A stretch of DNA of 64,000 nt. Source: Lama guanicoe. Lineage: Eukaryota. The DNA is taken from NCBI GenBank assembly GCA_013239625.1, contig MU053561.1, forward strand, positions 3,612,283-3,676,282, written 5' to 3'. A program made the translations under genes and the position numbers. The notes under the pieces are model-generated. The model was not told the DNA's origin. It did not search any database and saw only the letters and a program-made list of their open reading frames with translations. This document shows positions 38,731-52,700 of the stretch, piece after piece. Positions within the stretch are counted from its first letter, which is position 1; every line of letters starts with the position of its first letter.

Positions 38731-40721
38731 ACAATAAAAATGATACTTTCTTCTAGAAGTCTGATGATCTGCTCTGTGTTCCAACAGCTGCTGGTGCCTG
38801 TGACTCCACCTGCCTCACAGTGGACCAGCCTGAAATCTCAGTTACTCTCTTTAAGGCCCAATCAAGATGGCACGACTTCTGTGAAGCCTTCTCAGGTCTA
38901 CTCTGTTCCATTCGTTATCTGAGAAGAGGAGTCTCTTTTCCTGGGTTACCATATTATAACTCTCCACACCCTGCACATCTGCCCGCATCTCCACTGTGAG
39001 AGTTCTTGGGGTCAGAAGTGTGTCTTACTCAACCTACATCTACAGTTCCTCGCCCAGAAGTCCTCAGTAATTGTTTGCAAGTGTCATAGTCAAGCCTGCT
39101 AAATTCATGATGGAAGTTGTCCTTGGTAGGGGAAGTAAGACACCCCAGGAAATCCAAGGATCAGCTAGGAAAGGAGCAGATCTGAGGTCCAGAGAGAAAG
39201 GAGAGCCTGGTTTACCCACTAGGACCCCCTGCTGGAGAGAGAAAGGGGACACAAGTACCTCTGAAATTAGCCATGGCCCCGGGAGCCCCTGGAGTGGGCT
39301 CTGAGTTAGCACAGAGAAGTGCTGGAAGTGAGACTCCAAAATGCAGTTTCACAGTTGGAGCCGCCTGGTCCTCCAGCGCAGCGGCAGCACGTCTGTCCTG
39401 GGACAGGCACACCGACGGTGTAATCAGGCTCAGCTGGCAATCAGGGAGCTGCCAGCCAGACGCGAGACGAAATTACCTCCCTGTCCCAGACAAAGTGGCC
39501 TTCTCGATGCGGGTTAAACCCAGCGATGGTGGAAAAAAACAAAGGCAGGGAAGCGGCAGCTGCTACCACACGCCTGGCCAGGGGACGGCTCCCGGTCTGT
39601 CCCTCTTCACCCGCAGACCCTCCAAAGCCAGGCCTGTTTAATGAGGATCGGGCATTTCAGAACAAAGGAATGCGGTGCCAAAATCATCACAGGAGGGGGA
39701 AAACAATGTATGCCCACGGTGACAACTCAAGGGGCAGAACCAATTTCCTGTCAACAGCTCTAACCCTTGCCAGTGCTGGCCGAGTCAGCTCCACTGGGAC
39801 AGCGTGCCTCGGTTTCCCTCTTCATGAATTGCGAGGCATGTGCCCTGATATCCATGCAGGTGACGAGACATTTCTGTGAGAGAAGATTCTATTCCTGTGC
39901 CTGCAGGTGTGACCTCCAGGGGCCGAAAGAGACCTTGCGGTTACGGTCAGAAGCACATGAGTTCATGAGCTGTGGGACCAGAAGTGCTAGAGAAGGGAAA
40001 GAAAGGCCAGGAAATCAAATAATTACCCAGGAGAGGGGCGCCTCTGAGGGTAGGGAGAGACAAGAGGCTGCTCTATTCAATGAATGTTCACTAAAGCTCT
40101 GTGTGCCGGCGACATGCTGTGCATGGAGTACACAGTAGTGAAAACAAAAACAGAAACAACCAGAAGCTGACAGTCTGGGGACAAGGAGACAGTAAACAAA
40201 CCAAAGGTGAAACTGCACCTCTAAGTGCTGTGCAGAAGGAAAGAATTATGGGAGTGGCTAGTGGGGGACTTGTCCAGTCGGGGAAGGCCACTGAGAAAGT
40301 CACAATTGAGCTGAGGGCTGAAGGATAAGCAGCCTTAACTCCCTGAGGGAGGGAAGGCTGAGCATTCCTGCTGGGGCAGCACGGGCAGAAAAGGCTTCTG
40401 GAGTTGCGGGCACTCAGGTCTTACAATTCCCTGCATCAGTTACTGTCTGGGGCCGATGTTCATGCTATCGGTCTACAGAATACAACCAAGGCTGCTTTCC
40501 ACTAAGGAGGGAGATGATGAGGCAGGGGTTCTTCCTGAGTAGGAGGATGGTAAACGTCCCATCTGCAGGGGGCTGAAGGCAGGTCCCGTGTTTCACTCAG
40601 CTGTCTGGCTAACAGGCATGAGGTCAGGATGTCCTGACACAGCTCTTGGGTAGCAGACAGTAAGATGAGCAGGACTTGCTCCCGGAAGGCATCTTGACAG
40701 GGCCTGTGACATTGCATTATC

Positions 40722-41180
40722 TGTAGCAGTCAGCTATTGTCAAGATGATGCTGAAGAACAAGTCAGCCCAGCACTGAGTGAGACACCACACCTGTATTTA
40801 TGCTCGGGCTTATGGTCTGCAGTTTCTCTGCAGTCCAGCTGATCTGGAATGGGCTGCTGGGGAGGCTCTGCTGTGGGTCAGCCAGGCAGGGCTCCCGGTT
40901 TCAGGTAGGGTACAGGTCCATTCCACATGTCATCCTAGGGTCCAGGCTGAAGAGGCAGTGCTACCCAAGGCAAGTTCCTCTCATGGCTGATCACTGGATG
41001 CAGAAAACAGCCATGCAAGCACATTTAAGGCTCCTGTTCCTGCTGCATCTGTTAACATTCCAGTGGTCCAAAAAAGTCACATGGCCAAGGTCATATCAAT
41101 GGGACAGAATATATATTCCATCCACAGTGGAAGGGGTAGGGAATGAATATTTGCTGAACAATAATCCAAATTATTACACC
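40722..41180. mobile_element. MaLR (MLT1-type) LTR
   Basis: tgtagcagtcagctattg...cattccagtggtccaaaaaagtcacatggccaagg...gaatgaatatttgctgaacaataatccaaattattaca. Confidence 0.6.
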
Positions 41181-41994
41181 ATTCTTAAGACCAGCATTTG
41201 GTTATTTTAGGATTAGAAACTGGTGCTCTGGAAACTCACTATTTGTATTGTCTGCTATTATTTCCTTTTTGTTCTCCCTTAGTATTTAGTTAAATTCTTT
41301 TTGAAAATGTCAGATTGTCTCAGCTGTGCTGTGAAGAACCAAGGGAAACAATTTTTTCCACCCTTGAGCCTGGGTTTAAATGGAAACTGATGTCCCCTGG
41401 GGTGACAATTCCAAGTGGGAAGTGACACTCAGGGGAAGGGTTTCTGAGAATTCTTGCTCTAGCCCTCTCCCCCAGCCTTCTTCTCTGCTCACTCCTTGGA
41501 GAGTTCTGGGGTTTGATTTCATTAAAAAAAAAAAAAAAGATCCTTGCAGTGTACATGACGTGTCAGACTCCAGCATGTTGGATACAGTGCACAATTCACC
41601 CTGTACCGAGATGCTTCTGTTCACTTGCCATCAGCAAGGCAAGCTTCTATAAGTATCACCAGTTGTTCTGACCATCAGGACAGGGCTCTACACTAGGTTT
41701 CAGGCAAGTCTTCATGCCCAGGGAGGCAAGTGGAATTTACCAACGCTCTGATTTTAGAGAGAGAAACTCTGGAAAGTTATCAACACTCCCATGCATCCCT
41801 AAGAGAGAATGCCTGATAGTGATCAGGACCTGCCACCGAAACTCAAAACCCTGGTCAACCTCTGTGTCATAGAGGTTATCCAGACCCTCTCCCCTGTACT
41901 TCCCTATAGCCAATGGTTCCAATTTGCAAGAGTAATCTTCAAATTTTAATGGGCTAGGAATCACTTGGGGACCTTATTAAAATGCAGATTCTCA

Positions 41995-43060
41995 CACAAA
42001 AATAGACATATGGATCAGTGAAACAGAATAGAGAGCCCAGAGGTAAACCCACAGACTTAAGCCAATTAATCTTTGATAAAGGAGGCAAGAACATACGATG
42101 GAGTAAAGACAGTCTCTTCAGCAAGTGGTGTTGGGAAAACTGGACAGCAGCATGTAAATCAATGAAGTTAGAATACTCCCTCACACCATACACAAAAATA
42201 AACTTGAAATGGATTAAAGACTTAAGCAAGACAAGACATAATAAACCTCCTAGAAGAAAACATAGGTAAAACATTCTCTAACATAAATCTTAGCAATGTT
42301 TTCCTAAGGCAGTCTACCTAGGCAATAGAAATAAAAGCAAAAATAAACAAATGGGGCTTAATTAAACTTATAAGATTTTGCACAGCAAAGGAAACCATAA
42401 GCAAAACAAAAAGACAACCTACAGAATGGCAGAAAATATTTGAAAATGATGCGACTGACAAGGGCTTAATTTCCAGAATATATAAACAGCTCATACAACT
42501 TAATAACAAAAAAAAAAACAAACAATCCAAAAATGAGCATTAGACCTAAACAAGCAATTCTCCAATGAAGACATACAAACGGCCAATAGGCACATGAAAA
42601 AATGCTCAATATCGCTAATTATCAGAGAAATGCAAATCAGAAAATGAGGTATCACCTCACACCAGTCAGAATGGCCAACATTAAAAAGCCCACAAACCAT
42701 AAATGCTAGAGAGGGGTGGAGAAAAGGGAGCCCTCCTAACACGGTTGGTGGGAATGTAGTTTGGTGCAGCCATTATGGAAAACAGTATGGAGATTCCACA
42801 AAAGACTAAAAATAGACTTAATTATATGATCTAGCAATCCCACTCCTGGGCATTTATCTGGAGGGAACTCTAATTCGACAAGATACATGCATCCCAATGT
42901 TCATAGCAGCACTATTCACAATAGCCAAGACATGGAAGCAACCTAAATGCCCATTGACAGATGACTGGATAAAGAAGTTGTGATATATTTATACAATGGA
43001 GTACTACTCAGCCATAAAAAAGAATAAAATAATGCCATTTGGAGCAACATGGATGGACTT
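41995..43060 (+). mobile_element. L1 ORF2 3' fragment lacking a 3' UTR and polyA
   Basis: Homologous to 11146-12215 ([26 protein letters not shown]); ends abruptly after gcaacatggatggactt. Confidence 0.9.
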
Positions 43061-44499
43061 TTGACTCCTAGGCAGTCACAGGTCTCTTTGAAATTGGGGG
43101 CAGACACGAGATGGTGTTTTGCACACTGACCTCAAGGTGACGGTGTGGAAGGACTCCCAAGGAGTAATGTGGAGACAAGGGCTGAGAGGTGCAGTAAGTC
43201 AGACAGAGTCCCTGGGCCCCAGTGCTGGGCCAGCCACTTCCGAGCCGTGTGCCTTGCCTAGGCTGTGATCTCCATTTCCCTATAAGGGAATGAGAGGATT
43301 AGACTAGAGCCACTGGCTTCTTCTTTTTCTTTTTTAAGTAGAAGAACACTTCTGTCAAATCAAATCTAAAACGAACCCCAATATAAAAAACAAAGCTGCT
43401 CTCGCTGGAGCTGAGCAGCCTAGAACATCTCTGTTGGCCCCTTTACCCTCCTTGGGGAACTTCTGTGGGAACAGCTGAAGGGACACAGTTTGCGAACCAT
43501 GCCTACAAGCCTCCGGCCTGGATGACTTCTGAGGTTCCTCTGGCTCCCAGGCTACGGGGCTTCTCACCTGCAGGAGCACCCCTCAGGCTGATGAGAGGTT
43601 GGAAGGAAACCTCTCCCACAGTAGGACACTGGTCTGTAAAAGGCTTAGGGCTCCTCCTTTTGCTCTTCTACACACAATTCAGGTTCTCAGGGTTAAGGAA
43701 TATATGTAAGAATCCTGAGCAGGAAGTACTGTTCATTCATCTTTGGTTGCCAGGGATAGAAAGCAAATTTCATCCTGATTAAACCAAAAAGGAGAATGTA
43801 TTGGCTTATACATCCAGCCTCAGGAAGGAGCTAAAGACAACTGTAATTAATGACTCAAAACTTCTCTTTCCCTTATCTCTGCTTCTATCACGGGTTGATT
43901 GCATTAGCACCTCCTGAAGTGGTGAGAGTCAGGACTGGACTGTCACTCTACAAGCTTAGAAACCGGAGAGGGGTGAAATATCCTTTGACAGACTGTATCC
44001 AGTTAGAAAACATCAAAGGGAAGACCCTGCTTGGACCATCCTGGGCTACGTGTCCCTGCCTGGGACCTATCGCTGAGGACCGAAGAGTCCCCACCATGCT
44101 CTATGGTGGGTGAAACCCACTGGAGCCACGTGGCTGGGTCCAGCGGAAGGCTCTTATGAGAAGGAGGGGAGGGGTGAGGAAGGGAAGAGAAAAAGAGCAG
44201 ATGTCCATTGTACCTGACATCCAGAGCTTTCCCCAGTCTGGGTCTAAGGTATGTTCACAGCATTGTTGCTCCTTAAGGCTGCACACAGCCTTCACTCCAG
44301 CCAGACCGTCCCTTGCTTTTTGCCTTTGTCTCCCTTGCCTGGTATGTCCTTTTCTGCCGGTCTAAATTCACTCTATTCTTCCATGGTTAGTTCAAATCCA
44401 TCCCCCTCCAGAAAGCCCTCCTCATGCATCCTGTATAGTCTTTCCTTTCTCTTTCCAACAGCTCTCCCGAAAAACAAAGAGATAAACAAAACCCTGCTT

Positions 44500-44820
44500 T
44501 TTCATTTGCCAGTTTCCATGGTATGAATGTTCCCACCATGGTCAATTTCAGGCTACCAACAGGACATCACTGAGCGCAGAGTTGCAAAAAGGTGTGCGAT
44601 ACAGCACCATTATATAGAAATTCCACCACACAGATACAAGAGATTTCAATAACCTCATATACTTAAGTAACATGTACTAAAATAATAAGACGTCTATGAG
44701 TTTTGAGTATTTATTAACTTTGTTTTTAATATAATTTATTAAACTGTAAGCTCATATAATGAATTTTTAAATGGTGGCTGTGTTTAATAATCAGCTCACA
44801 GAATTCTTGAAAAGTGAACA
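44500..44820 (-). mobile_element. MER63-like hAT element
   Basis: tttccatggtatgaatgttcccaccatggtcaatttcaggctaccaac...tcactgagcgcagagttg is the reverse complement of the recalled MER63 core. Confidence 0.6.
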
Positions 44821-44829
44821 GCTGCACTT

Positions 44830-46160
44830 TTGACTTTTCTAGAATTTCACTTAGATAGAATCATATAGTATGTAGTCTTTTGTATCTGGCTTCTTTTTCT
44901 AAGCATAATGTTTTTGAGATTCGTTCATGCATGTATCAGTGGTTTGTCCCTTTCTACAGGGATCGTTCATCATATGAATAATACCACAAAGTTCTATCCA
45001 TTCATTTTGTTTTGTTTCTAGTTTTTGGCTCTCATGCAGAAAACTGCTACGAACATGCGTGTACAGGTCTTGGTGTGGACACGAGTTTTCACTTGTCTGG
45101 GATCAATAGCTGGGAGATTGTTGTCTTGTATGGCAAGTGCATGTTTAGCTTTAAAAGAAACCACCAGAACGTTTTTCAAAGCAGGCTCACTATTGTGCCT
45201 TCCTTCCAGAGATGTATGAGAATTCTAGCTGCTTCACACACTCGCTAACACTAGGTGTGGTCAGTCTTTTTGACTTTAGACATTCTAGTGGGTGATGCAG
45301 TGATACCTTACTCTGATTCGGATAGGCACTTTTCTAAATGACTAGTCATGTTAAACATCTTTTCATGTATTTATTTGACGTTCATCTGTCTCCTTTGGTG
45401 GAATATTGGTTCAAATCTTTTGCTCAATTATTCATGGGTTGTTTGTCATATCATTGAGTTGTAAGAGTTATTTATATATTCTGGATGCAAGTTTTTGGTG
45501 CATGTGTGTTTTGCAGATATGTCCTCCCAGTCAGTGGCTTTCATTTTCTTAATGATATTTTTCTGAAGGGCAAGAGTGTTTAATTTTAATGGAGTCCAAT
45601 TTAACAACTTTTGTCTCTTTTATGGTTCTTTCTTTTTGTGTTCTATCAAAGAAATCTTTGCCCAACCCAAAGTCACAAACATTTTCTCCCACATGACTAA
45701 AACTATTATTTTTTTAGCTCCCCTATTTAAGTCTGTGAGGTATTTCTGTTTAATTTTTGTGTATGGTTTGAAGTAAGATTCATTTTTTGCATGTGAATAA
45801 TCAATTTTTATATATGTTTAAAAGACTGTTTTTTAGAGTAGATTTAGGCTCACAGCAAAATTGAGAGGAAGGCATAGCGATTTCCCTGCCCACACACGTG
45901 AAGCCTTTCCCATTAGCAACGTTCCCCACCAGCGGGTACATTGTTTACAATGGACAAACTTACACTGATACATCATAACCCCCTCCAGCCCACAGTTTAC
46001 ATTAGGGTCCACTCTTGGTGTTGTATATTCAGTGGGTTTAGACAAATGTATAATGACATGTATCTGTTATTAGCATATCATACAGGATATCTTCACTGCC
46101 CGGAAAATCCTCTATTTTCTGCCCACTCATCCCTTCCCCCATCCCAACTCCTGATCGTCT
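44830..46160 (-). mobile_element. Old antisense L1M fragments (L1MB/ME-like 44830-45800; L1MC/MD-like 3' end 45830-46160)
   Basis: gaatcatatagtatgtagtctttt; tttaggctcacagcaaaattgagagg; cacagtttacattagggtccactcttgg (reverse homolog of 36530-36600). Confidence 0.75.
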
Positions 46161-47309
46161 AATTTGCTTTTAATCCCATCTAGTGTATTTTTCATGCCAG
46201 ATATCTTATTTTTCACATCTAGAAGTTCCATTTGCCTTTGTCAGTGAGGTCATATGCTTATCACTTAGACACTTAGATAATTTTTGACTAGTCCTGTCCA
46301 ATATTTAATAAAGCCATACAATTCCTTAGGATAACCTAGCAAAGAGCAGGGAGTTTGAAATATATAGATACGAATTATCTAGCTTATTAGTCGAGTCACT
46401 TCAGGAAAGTCATTTCACTTCTCTGAGTTGAAGGATTCTCATCTGTAAAATTAAAGTGAGCGATACCATTACCTGAATGTGAAGGAATCTGATGGAGCAG
46501 CAGTGGAGGAGATGTTTGTGGCCATGAGGCCCTTCCCTCAAGCTGTACAACCTCACCAGTTTGGAAGCTGGTTTTAGTTACGTGTCGGAGGGAGAATCAG
46601 TCCTCCCTTAGCCCTGGGAAGGAGCAGCGAAAGAGTGTTTCTGGATGTCACAAACCCAGGCCACCCATTGCCGTATACAGTGGCTATTCCTGGAACATTT
46701 CTGAGATGATCCAGAGCGTGTCACTCCTGTTGTGAGAGCCCATACGTCTCGGGGTGTCACTGCACCATCCCAGAAGGAGGTGCCCACGCCATCCCACTCT
46801 GGTCACATGTCCAGGCACCCTGAGGGTTGAGAACTCTGACACAGGACAAAATCCCACAGGAACGCAAGCACCTCAGCTTCATCGGGCTGGTCCTATCCTG
46901 AGGCTGAGCAATCAGGGCATTTCAGGTAGTGGGTTGCTGCCACCATGGGACTCAGCAAACAGGACAAGCAGGAAGAGTCATCAGAGGACCATGTTTAAAG
47001 CATAACCTCAGGAAAAGTAAAAGAACCATGTAGGCTGCAATGCCTCATCTTGGAACAGCGATGGAGAGAATGTCCTCCCCCATCTAAACCTGTCCTGCAG
47101 CCCATGAGGCAAGGAGACGGAGCTGAAAGAGCAGCGAGGTCTACAGCAGGGGCTGGAGACACAGGCAAAGTGCATGCTTCTGCACAAATGAGGAATGAGT
47201 GTGTTACATCCTCTTCAGGTTCTGTGTGCTGCTCGAGTCACAAAGACCAAATGCTGGGTATTCTCCACAGAGGGGACTCTGAACCAGCACACTGTGAGCT
47301 CGGTGCCAG

Positions 47310-47536
47310 TTCCCTCCGCCACACCAGTGGCATCTGGGGATCAGACAGCTCCTTGTGGGGAGCTGTCTTGTGCATAGAGCTCATCACTTCTAAACACTTC
47401 TATCCACTAGGTTCTAACCACTAGGTACCAGGAACACCCCAAACCCCTCCCCGCCGAGTAGTGACAATTGAGAATGTTTTCAAGCATTGCCAAGTGTCAC
47501 CTGGGTTTTCAAATCATCTTTAGCTGAGAACCCCTG
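47310..47536. mobile_element. MER20-like element (diverged)
   Basis: ttgtggggagctgtcttgtgcat...gtgacaattgagaatgttttcaagcattgccaagtgtc...gctgagaacccctg. Confidence 0.6.
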
Positions 47537-49216
47537 ATCTGGCCTTCTGGACTTAAGCCTCAGAAAAACTGCTGTCTCTTGCAACAATATTTCCTGAGAC
47601 TGGAGCTTGGTGTGAAATAGAGACCTCTTACGTTGGCTTACTTATAGCTGTGATGTCAAAAGCCATTATTTTTATATAAAAATCTGCCCCAAGCACTTCG
47701 CAGAGCCACACAGCATGGTGGTTAATTGCACGTACTCTGGAGCAAGAACCCCAGCTGCTCCGATCCCAGCTTCACCGCTGGGTGTTGGCTGACACTGGGC
47801 GAGGGAATTTCACCTCTTTGTGCCTCAGTTCATTTGTAAACTGTGGATAACCACGGGGACACCCTCACAGGGGACCTGAGGATACGTATTTCACTGTTGC
47901 ATGTGAAGCACTCTCACAGCGCTTGGCACATGGTGAGCCCTAGAGATGATCTGTTCTGGCATTTTCGCCTGGGAGGCTGTGACCTATTCCAAAGTTCATG
48001 ACATAATGGTACCAAGACTTCTTTTTCAGTTTTTTTTATGAGAACCTAAATTACTAAGCTAAATATCTTGCCACTTGAAATAAAACTGCTTGAGAGCTTC
48101 CAATTAAATATTAGTACATGTGGCCCTTAGAGGGGTCCTGACTCAGACACTCAGAGTATCACCCAGCTGCCTCTGTGGTTTTGGCTACTGGAGAGCTTTC
48201 AATTATCTTTATTCTTAGCCATCATGTTTTCTAATTTTGTCTGTAACACACTATTGTACAAAGACAAGGTGCTGAAACATACATCAAGAGGAAGCATATT
48301 ACTAGTAATTCTGTGAACGCAACTGGAGGTGGTCTTCAAAACTCCCCAAGTATAATGTATCTGACCCCAATCCTAATTTACATATCCAGACATAACCATA
48401 TTCTAAAGTTGGAGTCCAAAAAATACTATTGTAATTCTAGTGAATTTGGCTTTTTATTTATTAGGAATAAAGAGGCTACTCGCATCCATGCCGTACTATT
48501 TGTCTTAAAGTACTTATAAGTACTCCGGTGCTCACCCAGGTGGACACTGTGATTGCTTCCCCATCTTCCTCTGACTTTTGACAATGACCTTAGTGTCATT
48601 TGGGTATCCCACCCCCTTCCTAGCAGCCCAGAGCTTTGGGGGAAACTGACTCCACCAGAGTCTCAGTGATTCATTGTAAGTGAATCCCTTGGAGTCTAGT
48701 TTTCAGAAGAAGGCACATGTCCTAATGTTAGCTTAGGAGACTGGAGAAGATGGTTACTGGTGGTTTCTGGGGGGAAAATACCCACACTGTCTTCCTGGAA
48801 GTAGAAGGGAAAGCATGGAGCCCAAGAGTTGTTTGCAGTCATTTATCACCAGACACAGCCTATAATCTGATGAGGATTTAAGACAAGAGAAGGCAGAGCG
48901 GAGAGATGAATACAGAAAAAGTGCTGATGACACTGCAAAGCAGATGAATCATACCAACCAGACAGCCTCCCCTGCCTCCAGTAATCCAAGCTAAGCTAGC
49001 TTGGATGGGGCTTTTGTCATTTGCATCCTAACACAATCTCACTGCTATTCCTTTAGCTTTTATAATTATTTAGAAATAAACGGAAAAATTATAAAAAACT
49101 AAATTTGTTGAGATAAGTGCAATTGACAAGAATGACCAATATCATCTCATCACAGCAGTTCTTGTCTATTTTTGCTTGTATAATCCATTGCTAAATTTCA
49201 ATTTTCCAACGTTTTG

Positions 49217-51760
49217 CTTCTAGTCAAAATAGAGTAATAGGGAACAATTTATTCTCCCATCTGAAACAATAAAAAAAAACCCTAGGAAAACATTTGAAAT
49301 AAGTTTTTAAGATGTTGCACTTTAGACAGTGCAAGAGTGTGATACTGGAGAGAAAGGAAACAAATTATTTAACGCCTACAACTGCCCCAGACTACTGTCC
49401 GGAGAGAGCCTCTAGGTAGTGGCACAGGGAGGGGTAACCAAGGCAGAGTCCCTGTGTTGAAGAGGAGCTGAAGGTCTAGGGAAACCAAAGAGCTAAAGCT
49501 CACAGGCCACAGAAGCAGAGGAGAGAGCTGTATTGAGTGACAACCATGAAGATGACAGAGGCCCCCCTCAAGTATTGAGCAGAATGCTGATGACTGCATG
49601 TGTGTTCAGAAACTACATGAGACTGGGCAGAAGAAAATCCAGGAGGATTAGACTAGATGGAAAAGTACCCACTGCTCACACAGAACCATTAAGAAGGCCT
49701 GTTTCCACCAGCTAGACTGAAAAGCCTCATAATTCATGGGACATTGGGTAGATTGCTCAGAAAAGTCACATCTCAGCAGTGGAAGATAATTAGTCTCAGG
49801 CTAATTGCTGCTCTAGTTCTGCCAAAAAAAAAAATCTTAAAATTAAGACCAGAATGGATTAAACTGTTTCCAAAAAATTAACTTCATCACAGAACAAAAT
49901 TTAAGATTTACAACATTTTAAATAATACAGCACCCAGTGAGGCATTAATTCACAAAGTCTGACATCCAGTTGAATATTATCAGGCATTCAAAGAAGCAGG
50001 GAACTATGACCCATAATGATGAGAAGAATAATAATAATTGAAACTGACTCAGAAGTAACACAGATGGTAGAATTAGCAAAGACATTAAGATAGTTATTAT
50101 AGAATGGATAAAGAAGACGTGATATGTATATACAATGGAATATTACTGAGCCAAAAAAAGAATGAAATAATGCTATTTGCAGCAACATGGATGGACCTAG
50201 AGATTATCTTAAGTGAAGTAAGTCAAACAGAGAAGACAAATATGTGATATCACTTATACATGGAATCTAAAACAAGATACACATTTTATTTACAAATCAC
50301 AAATAGACTCACAGACATAGAAAACAAACTGGTTACCAAAGAGGAAGGGGGGTGGATAAATTAGGAGTTTGGGATTAACAGATACACACTATTCTATATA
50401 AAATAGATAAACAACAGGGACCTACTGTACAGCACAGGAAACTATGTTTAATTTCTTGTAATAAGCTATAATGGAAAAGAACCTGAAAAAATATATATGT
50501 GTGTGTGTATACACTTATACATGTATGTATATGTATAACTGAATTGCTTTGCTGTCCGCCTGAAACTAACATTGTAAATCAACTACACTTCAATAAAAAT
50601 AAAATTTTAAAAAGCTAGTTATTATAATTATAGTCCATATCTTTGAAAAAATAATTCAGGGAAGATATAAAAAGACCAAATCAGACTTTTAGAGATGAGA
50701 ACATAATGTTATAGATGAAAAACACACTGGATGAGATTAACAAAATACTGTGTGTTGAGGAAGAAAAGACTAGTGAACCCAAAGGCAGAGCAATAGAAAC
50801 CATCCAAAGTGAAACACAGAGAGGGAAAAAGAATTTTAGAAAATGAAAAGAGCAGCAGTGAGCTGTGAGGCAACTCTAAGTGACCCACTCTATGTGCAGT
50901 TGGAGTTCTTAAGAGGAAGAGGAAACAGAAAAAATATTTGAAGAAATAATGGTCAAACATTTAACAAATTTAATGAAAACTATAAACCCGTAGTTCCAAG
51001 GAGCACAACAAACCCCAAGCACAAGAAACATGAAGAAAACCGAACCGCTAAACCAACGCACATCAGAATCAAATTGCTTAAATCTATGAACAGAAAGAAA
51101 AATCTTAAAAACAGCCATGGGAAAAAGAAAACTTACGTGCAATAGAACAGAGATGAGGATGACAGCAATTGCTTGCGGGGAATGATGCAAGCAAGATGAC
51201 AGTGGAACCACTTTAAGGTATTGAAAGAAAAAACACTGTTAGCCTAGAACTTTTATCCAGTGAAAATATCTTTCAAAAACAAAAGCAAAATGAAAACCTC
51301 TTAAGACAAACAAAAGCTAAGAGAATCATCATCAACAGAACTGTACCACATGAAATGTTAAAGCAAATCCCACGGGCAGAAGGAAAATACCGGATGGCCA
51401 TCTGGAGCTTCACAAGGCACCACAGACCAATATCCTTCATGAACAGAGGTGCAAAATGCTAAACAAAATTTTAATAAAGTTTAAATTTAATCCAAAATTT
51501 ATGAAAAGGATAATATTTCATGACCAAATGGGGTTTATCTTAGAAATCCAAAATTGAATTAACTTTCAAAAATCAATCAATTTGGTAATCCACCAAATCA
51601 ACAAGGTAAAAAAAGAAACCATATGGTCATCTCAATAGATGTAGAAAATGTATTTTCAACACACATTCTCAAAAGTAAGTTCAATACTCACTTCTGATAA
51701 AAATTCTCAGCCAACTAGGAAAAGAAGTGAACTTTTCCTCCACCTAATAAAAGGCATCTT
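49217..51760 (+). mobile_element. Old L1M 5' UTR/ORF1 region with an RT fragment, interrupted by a younger L1
   Basis: L1M 5' start cttctagtcaaaatagagtaatagg; ORF1-like gaaaaaatatttgaagaaataatggtcaaa and ccagtgaaaatatctttcaaaa; RT-like agaccaatatccttcatgaac...gaccaaatggggtttat. Confidence 0.7.
50102..50611 (+). mobile_element. Younger L1 3' end nested in an old L1
   Basis: gaatggataaagaag...tttgcagcaacatggatggacctagag...caactacacttcaataaaa; TSD aagatagttattata (50087-50101) / aagctagttattata (50612-50626). Confidence 0.9.
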
Positions 51761-52232
51761 TATCTTATATATAATGATTATTATTAGGAATGATATTAAA
51801 ATAAACTCTGTAATAGAGTCTGCAATAATATATCTATTTAGAAATGTCTGAAAATCATTTCTTTTTAAATATGTCATACAAGAACAACTTTTAAAAAATT
51901 CCTAAGAAGTGCTTCAGAGATTGTCTATTCCTACGAAAGGTAAGACAAAAAAGTCGAGGAATGCTGACTCAGGTCATTGCCTTTATCTTGGAGGTAGTGG
52001 CAGGTGCAGTGACTGGCCTGCAGAGACGCATGTCCCAGCTCCCTCAGCAGAGGGGATGAAAGGAACCATGGATGTAAGGGAGCTGGACCTACCGTTATGT
52101 GCAGAACTGCTCTCTCATCTAGGCGTTGCTGGCAGTGGGGCCAGGAGAAGATACTGATCAGGTACAACAGCCAAAGCCACCAATCAGGCAGCTTTTCTTC
52201 ATTTTAGGGGTCAGTTTCCACTGATTTCACTC

Positions 52233-52700
52233 TGTGTTTGTTCCCTATTGCTGCTGTAACAAATCATCAGCGACTTAGTGGTTCAAATGGTAGAAATTTA
52301 GCATCTGACAGTATGGAGGTTAAGAGACTAAAATGAGTTAGCAGGGCTACATTACTTCTGGAGGTTCTAAGAAAGTTTGAGTTCCTGTTTCTGTGCCTTT
52401 TTCACCTTTTAGAGACTGCCCGAATCCTTTGGCTGGTGGCCCTGTGTCATTCCAATGTCTGCTTCTCTTTCCTCCTCACATCGCCTTGTGAGTCTGATCC
52501 TCCTGCCTCTGTTTTTAAGGATCCTGTGGATCACACGGGGCCCACCAGGATAGTCCAAGAGAATCTCATCTCCGGGACCTTAATTTAGTCACGTCTGCAA
52601 GGAGCCTTTTGCTGTGTGAAGTAACACGTTCACAGGTTGGGGGATTAGGACTCGGACATCTTTGGGGAGTGGAGGCGGAGGCATTATTCTGCCTCTGACA
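52233..52700 (-). mobile_element. MaLR MLT1 LTR
   Basis: ctattgctgctgtaacaaatcatc...cttagtggtt...ggggattaggactcggacatctttgggg...cattattctgcct. Confidence 0.75.
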
